Source: Verrucomicrobiota bacterium
GTDB taxonomy: Bacteria; Verrucomicrobiota; Verrucomicrobiia; Opitutales; Coraliomargaritaceae
Assembly: GCA_039815375.1 (NCBI GenBank)
Contig: JBCBZJ010000008.1
Location: 32,001-96,000, forward strand
Reading direction: 5' to 3'
DNA: 64,000 bases
The notes under the pieces are model-generated. The model saw only the letters and a program-made list of their open reading frames with translations, searched no databases and was not told the origin of the DNA. A program made the translations under genes and the position numbers. The stretch's first letter is position 1. The number at the start of each line of letters is the position of its first letter. Shown here piece by piece: positions 12,017 to 23,523 of the stretch.

Positions 12017-12940
12017 TTAACGCGCCGGAAAGTAGATCGTAGTCTGGATTTCAGATTCGGGTTCGTGATCGGCCTGAGTGTCGTAAACCTCGAAAGGAAA
12101 GCAGGCTTTGCTGGCGGAAAAGACCTTTGCGCGTCCATGGAGCATACCGGCACTCCATGCGTTGCCAAGGTGACGATAAGGTCCTGTGTGGCGGACTGCA
12201 TAAGCTTTGCATGCGGGCAGCTTACCTGAGATCAGATTGTCCGGCATGCTGGCAGGAAGTTGCTCCAGAGGAAGTCCGACGGTGTATTCGACGAGGCCTT
12301 TTGAGAGTTTCCACTTTGAATAAATGCTGAAAGGAGGTGCGGTAGGGGTGAGCTTCGAGTCCTCTGTGCACTGGAAGAGGCGCTTAAAATCAGCCTCCAT
12401 CTGGTTTGGCATCTCCTTGATCGTAGTGCTGCGCTTGAGGCCGATGTATTGGCAGCCTGAGTATTTCTGGTCGGGCATGAATTCAAGATGGCTGGGGACT
12501 CGGCCAAGGGAGGCAAGATCGCTTAGCATATTAAGACCACGGTCATAATCCATTCCGACAAGGGACTCCATCATGCCTTTTAGGAAAAACATAAAGAAAG
12601 GCAGTGTACCATCCATCCGCCAAAGTACTCGTGTGCCGGTGCCTTCTGGAGAGAAGACGAAACGGACATCGGATTTCGACTTCCATGGTTTGGTTATCGT
12701 CAACCTGTAATTGATGGAGCGCTTGTCGTCTTCTTCGATTAACTCCATGCGACCGCTTCCGGTAACCTCACCGTTCCAGGTGTAGCTGCGTCCGTCGGCA
12801 GCGAAGGCGGTTTTGGCCTCCGGTTCGGCAATCAGCCAAGGTGACCATTCGGGCCAGTGTTGGAAATCACGCACGAGTGCATAGACTTGTTCGAGAGGCG
12901 CGGGTATAGTGAGTGAACGTTCAATCAGGAGTTTTGGCAT
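12017..12940 (-). CDS. SRPBCC domain + GyrI-like effector-binding domain protein
   Basis: DFQHWPEWSPW, DYDRGLNML; C-terminal HTGPYRHLGNAW, FEVY, TTIYFP. Confidence 0.88.
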   Translation of the reverse strand: MPKLLIERSLTIPAPLEQVYALVRDFQHWPEWSPWLIAEPEAKTAFAADGRSYTWNGEVTGSGRMELIEEDDKRSINYRLTITKPWKSKSDVRFVFSPEGTGTRVLWRMDGTLPFFMFFLKGMMESLVGMDYDRGLNMLSDLASLGRVPSHLEFMPDQKYSGCQYIGLKRSTTIKEMPNQMEADFKRLFQCTEDSKLTPTAPPFSIYSKWKLSKGLVEYTVGLPLEQLPASMPDNLISGKLPACKAYAVRHTGPYRHLGNAWSAGMLHGRAKVFSASKACFPFEVYDTQADHEPESEIQTTIYFPAR

Positions 12941-13016
12941 GATGTGTCCTCTCTATAGCGTTTTTGTTTGGGTTGAAGTGAAAGGTAGAGTGATTTCGCG
13001 TTCCTTTTGTCTGCAT

Positions 13017-15863
13017 CTAGCCTCCGGGTGCTTTCAGAACCATGCGGACTGCATCGAGACGGAGGTGGGATTTTGCGATGTGGCGGGTGACATCGGCAAT
13101 GACGTTTTCGGCGATCTGGATTTCTTCTTCGCGGACGTTGGGGTTGACCTTCTGTAGTTCTCTCAAACGTGTAGCTTCGCCATCGAGACGGGCGTGTGCC
13201 ACTTTCATGGCCTCTTCGAGAAGGATGGATTTTGACTCACGCGCATAGTTTCGCGCTGAGCGAAGCATTTCGGGCACCAGAGCCTGCAGAAGTTCGGGGT
13301 TCTGTTTGAGCCTAAAGGCTTCCTCGTCGATACAGTCTTTGTTGATCGTGCTGTGGAGGAAATCCTCGCTCCGGTTTTCACCTGCCATATCGACTAGAAT
13401 ACGAATCGGTGTAGGTGGCAGGAAACGGTCCACATGGAGTCTGGATGGCGCGACACTTTCGAGCACGTAGATGGCTTCGATCAAAATGGGTGGTGCATCA
13501 TGTCTGGCATCTTCCCAGACGACAATGCAGCTGTTTCCCTTCTCCGAGCTGAGCATTAGGTCGATTGCACCCCGCACCATGGGATGGTCCCAGGTCAGGA
13601 AGTCTATGTCCTCACGGCCGAGTGCCTTGGTCCTGTCGCAAGTCACCGTGGTGCCCTCCTCCGGAAGGCCGGGAAAGGCATCGGTAAAGAGTTGCCCGGG
13701 CTCTAAGTGAAAAGTGCGGCTGTCGAGGTCGTCAACTGTTACGCCGAAGTGATCGAAGATGCGGTTCATGAAACCGTCCAGCGACCTTTCGGCATCCTGC
13801 TGCTGAATCTGTGCAACCAACTCCGAGGAGGCTTCTTCACGGAAGGAATTCAGCGCGATCAATCGGTCTTGCCCCTGGCTGAGCCTGTTTTCCAAGTCAT
13901 TGCGAAAACTTCGACTATCCTGGATGAGCTGCTCAATTTCTTGAAGCGTTTCAGGTTCATTGTGATGAATTTCTGCTCCGAGCTGACGGACTTGTTGGCC
14001 AAAACGATCGAGGTAGGCATTGCCGCCTTTGAGTGAGTGCTTCACGCCATCGAGGCCTTCGTGGTGCCAGCGGACGAGCAGTTCCGTCCAACTGTGCGGG
14101 AGCAACGGCAAATGGATCCGAATCGTTTCCGTCTGACCGATACGATCCAGGCGGCCGATACGCTGCTCCAGGAGTTCCGGATTGAGCGGCAGATCGAAGA
14201 GCACGAGGTGGTGGGCGAATTGGAAGTTCCGGCCTTCGCTGCCGATCTCGGAGCACAGTAGAATTCGTGCACCGTCCGGTTCAGCAAACCAGGCGGCATT
14301 GCGGTCGCGCTGAAGAAGCGTCAGTTCCTCATGGAAGAGGCCCGCCTTGACATTGATTTCCTCGAGCAGGGCATCGTAGATGGCTTGGACTTTTTCACGG
14401 GTTCGGCAAATGAGTAGGACTTTCTCATGCTCACCCAGATCCTTCAGGAGTTCCGCGAGCCACTGAATCCGCGGGCCGTGCCGGAAGTTGTAGCTTTCAG
14501 CTTCTTCCCCCACACCTGTTTCATTTTCAAATTCTCGCAGGAGTCGTGCTTCCATGTCTGCCTTGGAAATCTTGGCTCGTGGCTCGAGTTTGGCGGGAAA
14601 AGCCTCGCGTTGAGGGAATCCTTCAAGCGCATCACGCGTATTGCGAAAAATCACCCGGCCTGTTCCGTGGCGATCAACTAACTGATTCAGCAGTGATGCG
14701 GGATTCTTCAGTTCGTTCTGGAACCGGGTATCGTCAAACTCTGCGAAGACCTCTCGCAGGTAGGTGATGTCTGCAGCTTCGAGCTTTTCTCCCGTCACCA
14801 GTTTGTTGGCGACGGCGGCCACTTTCGAGTAGCTGGCTTGCTCCGCTCGGAACTTATCCAGATCAGGATATCGATCCGGGTCGAGTAGGCGCAGGCGGGC
14901 AAAGTGGCCCTCCGCTCCAAGTTGCTCCGGCGTGGCGGTGAGCAGTAAAAGTCCGTGGCTGTTTTTGGTCAGGCCTTCGACGAGTTCGTATTCCAAACTC
15001 GCCCCTTCCGGCGTCCACTCGAGATGGTGTGCTTCATCAACGACCAGCATATCCCACTTGGCCTGAAGTGCGCATTCGGCCCAGCGGGAGTGTTCCAGGA
15101 GGGTCTTGACACTACAGATGACGAGCTGGTCTTCATTGAAGGGATTGGCATCGGGGTCGACTGCAGTGGCCGACTCGCAATGGTCTGCATCAATTAAGGT
15201 GAACCAGAGGTTAAAGCGACGCAGGAGTTCCACAAACCACTGGTGAACAAGGGATTCAGGGAGAACGATGAGGATGCGCTGGGCTCGACCGGTGAGATGT
15301 AGACGGTGTAGAATGAGGCAAGCTTCGATGGTTTTTCCAAGTCCTACCTCGTCGGCCAAGAGCACGCGGGGCATGTAGCGATTGGTGACTTCGGACGCAA
15401 TATACAGTTGATGCGGAATCAAATCGATACGCCCACCGATAAAGCCGGCAACCGGAGACTGACGTGCATGATTCATCCGGCGAATCGTTTCGTAGCGTAG
15501 GTTGAACGATGCTGACTGATCAATTTGTCCTCCAATCAGCCTGTCCTCCGGTTTGCTAAAGCTGATCGTATCCGCCAGATCTGTTTCGGGAACTTCGCTA
15601 CTTCCAGCGATGTAGGTCAGCCGCCCCTCGCTCTCGCGAACCTCTTCGATTACAAGGGTCTCGCCATTTTGAGAGTGAATGGTGTCTCCCTTTCGAAACT
15701 CGACTCGTTTGATTGGTGCGTTGGCAGCAGCATAGATTCGCGCCTCGCTTGATGCTGGAAAACGAATTTCGACCTGATGTCGTGAGGCAGACTCGAGAAT
15801 GCCGAGCCCCAACTCGGGTTCGGTTTCGCTAATCCAACGTTGCCCGGGTGTAAAAACGGTCAT
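13017..15863 (-). CDS. rapA: RNA polymerase-associated SWI2/SNF2 protein RapA
   Basis: GQRWISETEPELGLG, LADEVGLGKT, DEAH, LLTATP, GSEGRNFQF, EQRIGRLDRIGQ. Confidence 0.96.
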   Translation of the reverse strand: MTVFTPGQRWISETEPELGLGILESASRHQVEIRFPASSEARIYAAANAPIKRVEFRKGDTIHSQNGETLVIEEVRESEGRLTYIAGSSEVPETDLADTISFSKPEDRLIGGQIDQSASFNLRYETIRRMNHARQSPVAGFIGGRIDLIPHQLYIASEVTNRYMPRVLLADEVGLGKTIEACLILHRLHLTGRAQRILIVLPESLVHQWFVELLRRFNLWFTLIDADHCESATAVDPDANPFNEDQLVICSVKTLLEHSRWAECALQAKWDMLVVDEAHHLEWTPEGASLEYELVEGLTKNSHGLLLLTATPEQLGAEGHFARLRLLDPDRYPDLDKFRAEQASYSKVAAVANKLVTGEKLEAADITYLREVFAEFDDTRFQNELKNPASLLNQLVDRHGTGRVIFRNTRDALEGFPQREAFPAKLEPRAKISKADMEARLLREFENETGVGEEAESYNFRHGPRIQWLAELLKDLGEHEKVLLICRTREKVQAIYDALLEEINVKAGLFHEELTLLQRDRNAAWFAEPDGARILLCSEIGSEGRNFQFAHHLVLFDLPLNPELLEQRIGRLDRIGQTETIRIHLPLLPHSWTELLVRWHHEGLDGVKHSLKGGNAYLDRFGQQVRQLGAEIHHNEPETLQEIEQLIQDSRSFRNDLENRLSQGQDRLIALNSFREEASSELVAQIQQQDAERSLDGFMNRIFDHFGVTVDDLDSRTFHLEPGQLFTDAFPGLPEEGTTVTCDRTKALGREDIDFLTWDHPMVRGAIDLMLSSEKGNSCIVVWEDARHDAPPILIEAIYVLESVAPSRLHVDRFLPPTPIRILVDMAGENRSEDFLHSTINKDCIDEEAFRLKQNPELLQALVPEMLRSARNYARESKSILLEEAMKVAHARLDGEATRLRELQKVNPNVREEEIQIAENVIADVTRHIAKSHLRLDAVRMVLKAPGG

Positions 15864-16079
15864 TCCCGGATCGTCGTCTTCGCAACCTCTGAAGTCAAAG
15901 CGAAGTTTCCTGGTAGTTCTAAGGGTGCAGGTGCAGGCCGAAGCGGTATGGCGCAGTTTTCAGACAAGCCACTAGTGCGGCACAGCTTGCCTGAACGCCC
16001 TGCTCCACCAATACTCAAAAGTTTCAAATCACTGCACATCAAAATTGAAACGAGCCTCTCGTTCCCCCACTCTGCTCTG

Positions 16080-16919
16080 ATGGTTCAATCCGGAACAGAT
16101 TGGTTTATCCCCGACGGCGTCAATCAGGCTGAGGCTTTGGCGCGGAGCTCCCACATGGGTATCGGCGCGCATCAGGATGACCTCGAGTTTATGGCCTACC
16201 ATGGAATTAGCTCCTGCTATGAAAGTGAAGGTGCATGGTTTGGTGCTGTGACTTGCACGGATGGCGGTGGTAGTTCACGCGCCGGTCAGTTTGCCGACAA
16301 GAGCGATGACGAGATGAAAGTGATCCGGGCCGAAGAGCAGCGCAACGCGGCTGAGATCGGCGGCTACAGTTTTGTGGCTCAGCTTGGCTTGGCCAGTGCG
16401 CTGATCAAAGATTCTGCCGGACGGCCAAAGTTGGTCGATCTGCTCGAAGACATTTTGCTCAAGAGTCAGCCCGAAGTGCTCTATACGCATAATCCTGCAG
16501 ACCGTCATGCAAGCCATGTGGCGGTTTGTTTAGCGGTAGTCGAGGCAGTTCGTCGCTTGCCGCCCTACTCCCGTCCAAAGAAGATTTACGGCTGCGAGGT
16601 TTGGCGTGATCTCGACTGGCTCGCTCCCGAAGACAAGGTTGCGCTCGATGTCAGTGGACATCGCGAGCTGGCGGAGAAGCTGAACGCCTGCTTTCAGTCG
16701 CAAATTGCCGGTGGTAAAAACTACGGTCAGGCGGTGATGGGTCGGCGACACGCAAACGCAACCTTCCATGAAAGCCATTCCATTGATTTGGTCGATCAGC
16801 TCTGGTATGCAATGGATCTGACTCCGTTGGTTGAAGACGGGAGTCTCAGTGTAACAGAATTTGTTGAAGCCAAGCTGGATCGTTTCCGGCGATCCGTGCT
16901 CGATGAGCTTTTAGACTGA
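16080..16919 (+). CDS. PIG-L family deacetylase
   Basis: GAHQDDLE, TDGGGS, THNPADRHASH. Confidence 0.88.
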   Translation: MVQSGTDWFIPDGVNQAEALARSSHMGIGAHQDDLEFMAYHGISSCYESEGAWFGAVTCTDGGGSSRAGQFADKSDDEMKVIRAEEQRNAAEIGGYSFVAQLGLASALIKDSAGRPKLVDLLEDILLKSQPEVLYTHNPADRHASHVAVCLAVVEAVRRLPPYSRPKKIYGCEVWRDLDWLAPEDKVALDVSGHRELAEKLNACFQSQIAGGKNYGQAVMGRRHANATFHESHSIDLVDQLWYAMDLTPLVEDGSLSVTEFVEAKLDRFRRSVLDELLD

Positions 16920-16982
16920 TCCAAGTCCCTGAACTACATTGACTTGACGCCGACGCCCTTTCTGTGAACGTAGCCGGTCCTC

Positions 16983-18341
16983 ATGCCAGCCACTGATACG
17001 ATTGTTGCACTTTCGACGCCACCGGGCGAGTCCGCGATTGCCGTGATTCGTCTCAGCGGTCCCGGCTGTGCAGAGCTCAGTCTGGCTATTTCAGGTAGAA
17101 AATCGCCCCTGGTCATGCGGCATGCCCACTTTTCCAAGTATCTTTCAATCAACGACAAGCAACTTGATGAAGTGGTTTTAACTTTCTACGGGGAGGGTCG
17201 ATCCTTTACCGGTGAGGATACTTTGGAAATCGCCTGTCATGGTAATCCACTCATTATTCAAAATATCCTTGAAGACCTCATGGCGCGTGGCTGTCGTCCC
17301 GCTGAAGCGGGTGAATTCACCCGAACCGCCTTTATGAATGGGAAAATGGACCTCAGTCAGGCCGAGGCGGTATCAGATCTCATCCGGGCTCGCTCTGAGC
17401 GAAGTATTGAGGCAGCGCAGAAGCAGCTTCATGGTTCGGTTGGTCGGAGAATGAGTGAGTTGACTGACCAGCTGCTCAGCGTGATGGCGCAGATTGAGGC
17501 CTATATCGATTTTCCTGAAGAAGATTTACCCGGCGAAGATCAGGCCGGTCCTGCTGCAGACCTTCGTCAATTGGTTCGAGACATCGCTGCATTGATTGAA
17601 ACGCAGCATTACAATGCTTTACTTCATGAAGGAGTAAAGACCTTGATTGTCGGCGAACCAAACGCAGGTAAGAGCAGTCTTATCAATGCACTCGTTGGCT
17701 CTGAAAGGTCTATTGTTAGTGAGATTCCGGGCACTACTCGCGATTATGTTTCAGCTTTTGTCATGCTCGGCGCATGGCGTATCGAAATTTTGGATACGGC
17801 AGGTCTACATACGGCCGGTGACAGAATCGAACGCATTGGAATCGAACATACGATCGAGCAATCCGAGACGGCAGATTTCTTTCTTCTGATGCTTGATTCG
17901 TCAGCGCCCTGCCCTGCCCTGCCGGAACCGTTGCTGGTAAGGATGAATCCTGAGAATACACTGGTTATCGAGAACAAAACGGATCTTTCAGATTCCAGAG
18001 ACCAATCCGATTTTCTAGAGGCTTTTAAGCACGTGCGGCTGTCGCTCCTTAATCGTGATGGTCTTGAGAAATTACGTCAGATTTGGCTCGAAATGATTGA
18101 GTCTGGAGTTCACGTGCCACAGTCAGATGGCGTAATTGTCAATGCGCGTCATGCTACTGAACTTCAGCAAGCCGTTGATAATCTGAAGCTTGCATTGTTA
18201 AAGATGAAAGACGGCGAGCTGTCCGAGTTGATTGCCGCAGACCTCCGTGACGCAGTCGAATCAATTGGCAAGGTTGTGGGTAAAGTCGACAACGAGCGTA
18301 TGTTGGACAGTCTTTTCAAACAATTCTGCATTGGGAAATGA
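16983..18341 (+). CDS. mnmE: tRNA modification GTPase MnmE
   Basis: [32 protein letters not shown]-terminal FCIGK. Confidence 0.97.
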   Translation: MPATDTIVALSTPPGESAIAVIRLSGPGCAELSLAISGRKSPLVMRHAHFSKYLSINDKQLDEVVLTFYGEGRSFTGEDTLEIACHGNPLIIQNILEDLMARGCRPAEAGEFTRTAFMNGKMDLSQAEAVSDLIRARSERSIEAAQKQLHGSVGRRMSELTDQLLSVMAQIEAYIDFPEEDLPGEDQAGPAADLRQLVRDIAALIETQHYNALLHEGVKTLIVGEPNAGKSSLINALVGSERSIVSEIPGTTRDYVSAFVMLGAWRIEILDTAGLHTAGDRIERIGIEHTIEQSETADFFLLMLDSSAPCPALPEPLLVRMNPENTLVIENKTDLSDSRDQSDFLEAFKHVRLSLLNRDGLEKLRQIWLEMIESGVHVPQSDGVIVNARHATELQQAVDNLKLALLKMKDGELSELIAADLRDAVESIGKVVGKVDNERMLDSLFKQFCIGK

Positions 18342-20263
18342 GCGCAGGACTAAAACACGGGAAACACCAGCCATACGACGTAATTGTCTGTGGTGCAGGC
18401 CATGCAGGTTGTGAAGCCGCTTTGGCTGCCTCGCGTCTTGGTGCCAGCACCCTACTCCTGACGGGTAATTTGGATACGATTGCCCAGATGAGTTGCAATC
18501 CGGCGATTGGCGGCCAGGCCAAGGGCCATATGGTCCGTGAAATTGATGCCTTGGGCGGCGAAATGGCCATTAATACAGACACAACGGCGATCCAGTTCAG
18601 GTTGCTGAATGCATCCAAGGGGCCGGCAGTTCAGGCCCCTAGAGCGCAATGCGATAAAAAAGCCTACCAATTTCGTATGAAACATATCATCGAGCTGCAA
18701 AACGATCTGGATCTATTCCAGGCCATGGTGCAGGGCTTGATTTTTGATGGAGACCGCGTTGCAGGAGTCCGGACGAATCTGGATATCGAATTCTATGCCA
18801 AAACGGTGGTTGTAACCACCGGGACCTTCCTACGCGGACTTATGCATGTCGGCCAGAACAAGAATGAAGGCGGCCGGATGGGCGATTTTTCGGCAAAGGG
18901 GCTGTCCGGGTCGTTTTTAGAGGCAGGAATTGAGCTCGAACGTCTGAAAACCGGCACGCCGGCTCGAATTTTGGGTAGTAGCATCGATTTTTCGAATTTG
19001 GAGGAGCAAAAGGGCGATCCGGAGCCGACTCTCTTTGCTTTTTACGATACCCGAGGCTTGAGCGATTTGTTCCACGTGGAACAATCGGAAGAAAAGGAGC
19101 GATTAATTCGTGAATTGTTCCACGTGGAACATTTTGGCCAGGAGAAGCTTGGTTGGTTACCGGGTGAAGACCAAGTTTCGTGTTGGATGACCTATACTGG
19201 CGAAAAGACCAAGCAGGTAGTTGAGGGCAACTTGCACCTTTCGGCAATGTATTCAGGTGAGATCGAGGGAACCGGGCCACGTTATTGTCCCAGCATCGAG
19301 GATAAGTTTGTGCGTTTTACCGACAAGGACCGGCATATGCTTTTTTTGGAGCCGGAAGGGCGTAACACAAACGAATGGTATATCAACGGTCTCTCGACCA
19401 GTTTGCCCTTTGAAGTACAGCTGGATATGCTGCGTAGTATCGATGGTCTCGAGAGCGTCCATATGCTGCGCCCGGCCTATGCGGTGGAGTATGATTTTGC
19501 GCCGCCGACACAGCTTTTTCCTACGCTTGAATCGAAGAAGGTGGAAAACTTGTTCTTTGCCGGCCAAATCAATGGAACGAGCGGCTATGAAGAAGCCGCA
19601 GGTCAGGGGCTGATTGCCGGCGTCAATGCGGTGCAGAAGATTAGGGCAGGGGAGCCATTAGTCTTGAAACGCCATGAGGCCTACCTCGGCGTGCTGATTG
19701 ACGACCTTGTTACGAAAGGGACCCAGGAGCCCTATCGGATGTTCTCAAGTCGTGCGGAGCACCGTCTGCTTTTCAATCATCCAAGTGCGGAACTTCGTCT
19801 TCTAGAACATTCCAAAAGATTGCAATTAATTGATAGTCAACGCATTGAGAAGATAGAAGAAAAGTCGAAGTCAATAGATCAATGGTCTGATCGTTTGGAA
19901 AATGAGCGCCTTGACGGAGAGACTTATGCGCTGCATTTGCGCCGTTCGCGTTCACAGGGAGACTTCCCGGATGCACTTAAGGCCGAACCACGTGAAGTCC
20001 GTGACGAAGTGCACTACCGAGTTGTCTTTAAGGGTTATTTGGAGCGTGAGCAAAAGCAGATCGAGAAGATGCGGCACATCGATAAGATTAAGATTCCGGA
20101 GCATTTTGATTTCTCCGAAGTAAAGGGCCTTCGCAATGAGAGCGCGCAAAAACTCAAGGAAATCGCTCCGCAGACTTTGGGGCAGGCCAGCCGCATCAGT
20201 GGGGTCAATCCAGCGGATATCAGTATTTTAATGGTTCATCTGGAAGCTCGCTCAGGTCGATGA
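18338..20263 (+). CDS. mnmG: tRNA uridine 5-carboxymethylaminomethyl modification enzyme MnmG (GidA)
   Basis: [49 protein letters not shown]. Confidence 0.97.
   Translation: MSAGLKHGKHQPYDVIVCGAGHAGCEAALAASRLGASTLLLTGNLDTIAQMSCNPAIGGQAKGHMVREIDALGGEMAINTDTTAIQFRLLNASKGPAVQAPRAQCDKKAYQFRMKHIIELQNDLDLFQAMVQGLIFDGDRVAGVRTNLDIEFYAKTVVVTTGTFLRGLMHVGQNKNEGGRMGDFSAKGLSGSFLEAGIELERLKTGTPARILGSSIDFSNLEEQKGDPEPTLFAFYDTRGLSDLFHVEQSEEKERLIRELFHVEHFGQEKLGWLPGEDQVSCWMTYTGEKTKQVVEGNLHLSAMYSGEIEGTGPRYCPSIEDKFVRFTDKDRHMLFLEPEGRNTNEWYINGLSTSLPFEVQLDMLRSIDGLESVHMLRPAYAVEYDFAPPTQLFPTLESKKVENLFFAGQINGTSGYEEAAGQGLIAGVNAVQKIRAGEPLVLKRHEAYLGVLIDDLVTKGTQEPYRMFSSRAEHRLLFNHPSAELRLLEHSKRLQLIDSQRIEKIEEKSKSIDQWSDRLENERLDGETYALHLRRSRSQGDFPDALKAEPREVRDEVHYRVVFKGYLEREQKQIEKMRHIDKIKIPEHFDFSEVKGLRNESAQKLKEIAPQTLGQASRISGVNPADISILMVHLEARSGR
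19068..19083. promoter_or_regulatory. parS centromere-like site 1 (inside mnmG)
   Basis: Perfect palindrome TGTTCCACGTGGAACA. Confidence 0.88.
19116..19131. promoter_or_regulatory. parS centromere-like site 2 (inside mnmG)
   Basis: Identical palindrome TGTTCCACGTGGAACA, 48 bp downstream of site 1. Confidence 0.88.
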
Positions 20264-20288
20264 ATTGTAGGCCTGGGAGCCTCGTCAG

Positions 20289-20305
20289 GTCACAGTTACG
20301 TCACA
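20289..20305 (+). promoter_or_regulatory. Putative OmpR/PhoB-type direct repeat box
   Basis: GTCACA-gttac-GTCACA with 11-bp period, upstream of the response regulator. Confidence 0.35.
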
Positions 20306-20473
20306 TCAAGGTGTCGAACCGGTAAAATCCATTTCTCTTGGCAGGACATGCGGTCTTCTGCGTTGACGGCTCCGCGACCTGAGACCCAATGAGCTTTGTT
20401 ACATTTGCCAGTCTTTCTGCTGGCACATTCACTTTAAAGTCACATATCCACAAAGCCTGCCTGGAGACCATCG

Positions 20474-21175
20474 ATGATGACCTTGTCTAAAACGAATCGT
20501 ATTCTTGTGCTCGATGACGAGCCAGACGTGACCGAATTATTGGAATATAAGCTGGAGCAGGAAGGTTACAAAGTCGAGGTTCTGAATGATCCTTTGGCTT
20601 TCGTGGCAAAGGTCCGTGATTTCGAGCCTGATTTGATGGTGCTCGATATTATGATGCCGGAGTTGAACGGTCTTCAGCTCTGCCGCATCGCACGTTCCGA
20701 TCCAGCGATGAAAGAGATCCCGATCATTTTTCTCACTGCTAAGGGAGAAGCTGAGGATCGGGTCAGGGGCCTTGAAACCGGAGCCGATGACTATATATCT
20801 AAACCGTTCAATACCAAAGAGTTAATGCTTAGGGTAGGGAATGTTCTTAACCGTGGTTTGAAAAGTGAGTCTGCCGGGGTGAAGCGAATAGAGATTGCAG
20901 GTGTTGTCATCGATGAGGAGTTGCATCAGCTCACTGTCGATGCCGAAAACATCCCCTTGACTGCGACTGAGTTTCGTCTGCTTAAGCTCTTGATGGAGCG
21001 GAAGGGAAGGGTGCAGTCGCGTGAGCATTTGCTCGTCAATGTCTGGCATTATGACACGGATATTGAGACGCGCACAGTGGACACCCATGTGCGCCGCGTC
21101 CGTGAAAAGCTCGGCCCTTATGCACATTTGATTGAGACAGTGCGTGGCGTCGGCTACCGTGCCGTCGATATTTGA
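20474..21175 (+). CDS. phoB: OmpR/PhoB-family response regulator
   Basis: VLDDE, LDIMMP, GADDYISKPF, winged helix TRTVDTHVRR, ETVRGVGY. Confidence 0.8.
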   Translation: MMTLSKTNRILVLDDEPDVTELLEYKLEQEGYKVEVLNDPLAFVAKVRDFEPDLMVLDIMMPELNGLQLCRIARSDPAMKEIPIIFLTAKGEAEDRVRGLETGADDYISKPFNTKELMLRVGNVLNRGLKSESAGVKRIEIAGVVIDEELHQLTVDAENIPLTATEFRLLKLLMERKGRVQSREHLLVNVWHYDTDIETRTVDTHVRRVREKLGPYAHLIETVRGVGYRAVDI

Positions 21176-22467
21176 TGGCTTGGCTTTTTTTCATTATAAC
21201 GCTCATCGTCGCGATTGGGCTGGCCCGGCGCGGTTTGCGGATGCGCCGTCTCATACGAGACTTGGAGGATGCTGCCCGATCGAAGCGCCGTCTTTTGCCC
21301 GAGGAATCCGAACTTACCTTGAAGGCGCTGGGTGTCGACGGTCTGGTTCGGGAGCTTAATGATGCGATCGATCGTTATAACCACCATGAAGCTGAAAATG
21401 CGGGGTATTTGGGACAAGTGGAAGCCATGCTGCGTGCAGTGCAGGAGGTGGTTATCGTATTTAATACAGAGCGTAAGGTGGAGTTTGCCAACCGTGCGGC
21501 GGAGCGTCTCTTTCGCAATGGGCAGTCACTGAAAGGCCTTCGTTTGGAAGGTGTGATGCGTTCGCTGGCGCTGCTGGAGTTTCTCGAATCTCCGGAAGAG
21601 ACGGAGACGGTGGAACCGAAGCAGATTAATATTGGGCAGGACAATGAGACGCTCTGGTTCGAAGCCTCTTGTGCAAGAGTCCGCAGTATTGAAGGCGGCA
21701 ACAATGCAAGTTCCACTTTGCTCGTTTTGCACGATATCACACAGCTTAAGCGGCTGGAAGTGATGCGGCGCGACTTCGTAGCCAATGTTTCCCACGAGCT
21801 GCGAACACCTTTAACCATTATCAAGGGTTTTGCCGAAACCCTGGTCGATGACGATGCCACCTTGAAATCAGACGCGAGACGTCGCTTTCTCGGTAAGATT
21901 GTGGGCAACGCAGAGCGGCTGAATGTGCTGGTTGAGGACTTGCTGACACTCTCGCGTCTGGAGTCGAAGCCGGATCAATTCGATCCTGTTGTTCAGTCGC
22001 TGAAGGGGCTAATGGAGGATACGATCGAGAACTACCGCCCGCGCATTCATATCGGCCAGCAGGTGATGTGTTTATCTTATGACGAGCGAGTGGGGGATTT
22101 CGCATTCGATCAATATCGTATCAACCAGGTCCTTGATAACCTGGTTGAAAACGTCTTTCGCTATGCTCCGGAGTTTACCAGTCTGGTCATGAAGGTCGAG
22201 TATGATGAGGCGGGCAACATGGTCGTCTGTTCGGTCAACGACGATGGCCCCGGCATCCCCGAGAAAGACATCTCGCACATCTTTGAACGCTTTTATCGTG
22301 TCGATAAAGGCCGCTCTCGTGAGGGTGGTGGCACGGGCCTCGGCCTGAGCATTGTGAAGCATATCATTCAACTGCATGGTGGCACCGTCCATGCAGAGAG
22401 TGGTCTGGAGGGGGGCACCTCGATTGTTTTCAAGTTGCCTTATAAGACTGAAGCAGCCCCTGCCTAG
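21172..22467 (+). CDS. phoR: PhoR-like PAS sensor histidine kinase
   Basis: RRDFVANVSHELRTPLT, DDGPGI, FERFYRVDKGRSR, GGTGLGLSIV. Confidence 0.8.
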   Translation: MMAWLFFIITLIVAIGLARRGLRMRRLIRDLEDAARSKRRLLPEESELTLKALGVDGLVRELNDAIDRYNHHEAENAGYLGQVEAMLRAVQEVVIVFNTERKVEFANRAAERLFRNGQSLKGLRLEGVMRSLALLEFLESPEETETVEPKQINIGQDNETLWFEASCARVRSIEGGNNASSTLLVLHDITQLKRLEVMRRDFVANVSHELRTPLTIIKGFAETLVDDDATLKSDARRRFLGKIVGNAERLNVLVEDLLTLSRLESKPDQFDPVVQSLKGLMEDTIENYRPRIHIGQQVMCLSYDERVGDFAFDQYRINQVLDNLVENVFRYAPEFTSLVMKVEYDEAGNMVVCSVNDDGPGIPEKDISHIFERFYRVDKGRSREGGGTGLGLSIVKHIIQLHGGTVHAESGLEGGTSIVFKLPYKTEAAPA

Positions 22468-22509
22468 ACGCTTGACGGCTCCACGGCTCGCCCCGCATAA
22501 ATCGCGGCG

Positions 22510-23106
22510 ATGGAAATTTCAGAAAGTTACGCTCGCGAGTTAGCCAAGCAGGCAGAGCGCAAAGCCGAGCTGCGCGCGGTCCTTGAATCGGATCTTGCTG
22601 GCGTGGAATCAATCCTCTTTGAAGCTGGCTGTGGCCATGGGCACTGGCTGACGGGCTACGCAGAGGCTCATCCCGAGAAGATCTGTGTGGGGGTCGACCT
22701 GATTTCGTGGCGAATCCGTAAAGGTTTGGACAAACGCGAGAAGCGTGGTCTGAGAAACCTTCACTTCTATAAAGCCGAGCTTGTTGAATTCCTGGAAGTG
22801 CTTCCGCCTGAGATTCGCTTTGAACGAACGGTTCTCCTTTTTCCGGATCCCTGGCCCAAAGCCCGCCACCACCGTCGTCGTATGGTGCAGACTGAGCTCT
22901 TGGACCAGGTGGCCAAGCGGACGGGCCGGGGAGGGCAGTTCTGCTTTCGTTCGGATGATCGACCTTATTTCGACTGGACCATTGAGCATTTAGCGGCCCA
23001 TTCGGAATGGCAGATCGACGAATCGGCAGACTGGCCCCATGAGCAAGAGACCTACTTCCAAGACCTGATGGACGAGTATCATTCGGTCGTCGCAGTCAGA
23101 GCCTAG
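22510..23106 (+). CDS. trmB: tRNA (guanine-N7)-methyltransferase
   Basis: [29 protein letters not shown]. Confidence 0.88.
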   Translation: MEISESYARELAKQAERKAELRAVLESDLAGVESILFEAGCGHGHWLTGYAEAHPEKICVGVDLISWRIRKGLDKREKRGLRNLHFYKAELVEFLEVLPPEIRFERTVLLFPDPWPKARHHRRRMVQTELLDQVAKRTGRGGQFCFRSDDRPYFDWTIEHLAAHSEWQIDESADWPHEQETYFQDLMDEYHSVVAVRA

Positions 23107-23333
23107 ATCACATCGAGCCAGATGATGAGGGCGAGCTGTGCGACAAGCGCGACCGTGAGCAGCGCATAGACAAAGAGCATGAAGTAGTCGGTGGCAAACT
23201 TGCGCTCGGGCAGTTGTTTTGGCTTCCGAGGCTTCGGGTTTTCCCGAGTATCTCCCCCCCCGACAACCACTGAACTGCCCTTGTGATCACGAAGGTGGGA
23301 AATCCGATCTGTTAGATTAGTCAGCTCAGGCAT
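23103..23333 (-). CDS. Small hypothetical membrane protein
   Basis: Single C-terminal TM helix ([24 protein letters not shown]); start uncertain. Confidence 0.6.
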   Translation of the reverse strand: MPELTNLTDRISHLRDHKGSSVVVGGGDTRENPKPRKPKQLPERKFATDYFMLFVYALLTVALVAQLALIIWLDVI

Positions 23334-23523
23334 GCGGGGCATAACATTTAAGGGGAGGGAGCATCTGGCAAGTTTAGAACCAGCCACCTGAATAATGGGT
23401 GCCATTAGCAGACCTTATCCTGCTCTACGTCCCGCAAATCGGGTGTTGACGAGGGTAAGAAGCGTCTTCATCACGTTCGGCTTTTCTCGGTCTTGGCCGC
23501 GTCAATCAACCCTCAGGTTCTTT

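Noticed and set aside
19068..19131. Repeat-spacer-repeat as a mini CRISPR array
   Set aside because: Only two 16-bp palindromes, in frame within mnmG and matching parS; no cas genes.
20444..20452. DnaA-box-like ATATCCACA after mnmG, suggesting oriC
   Set aside because: Single imperfect box, with no cluster and no AT-rich unwinding element.
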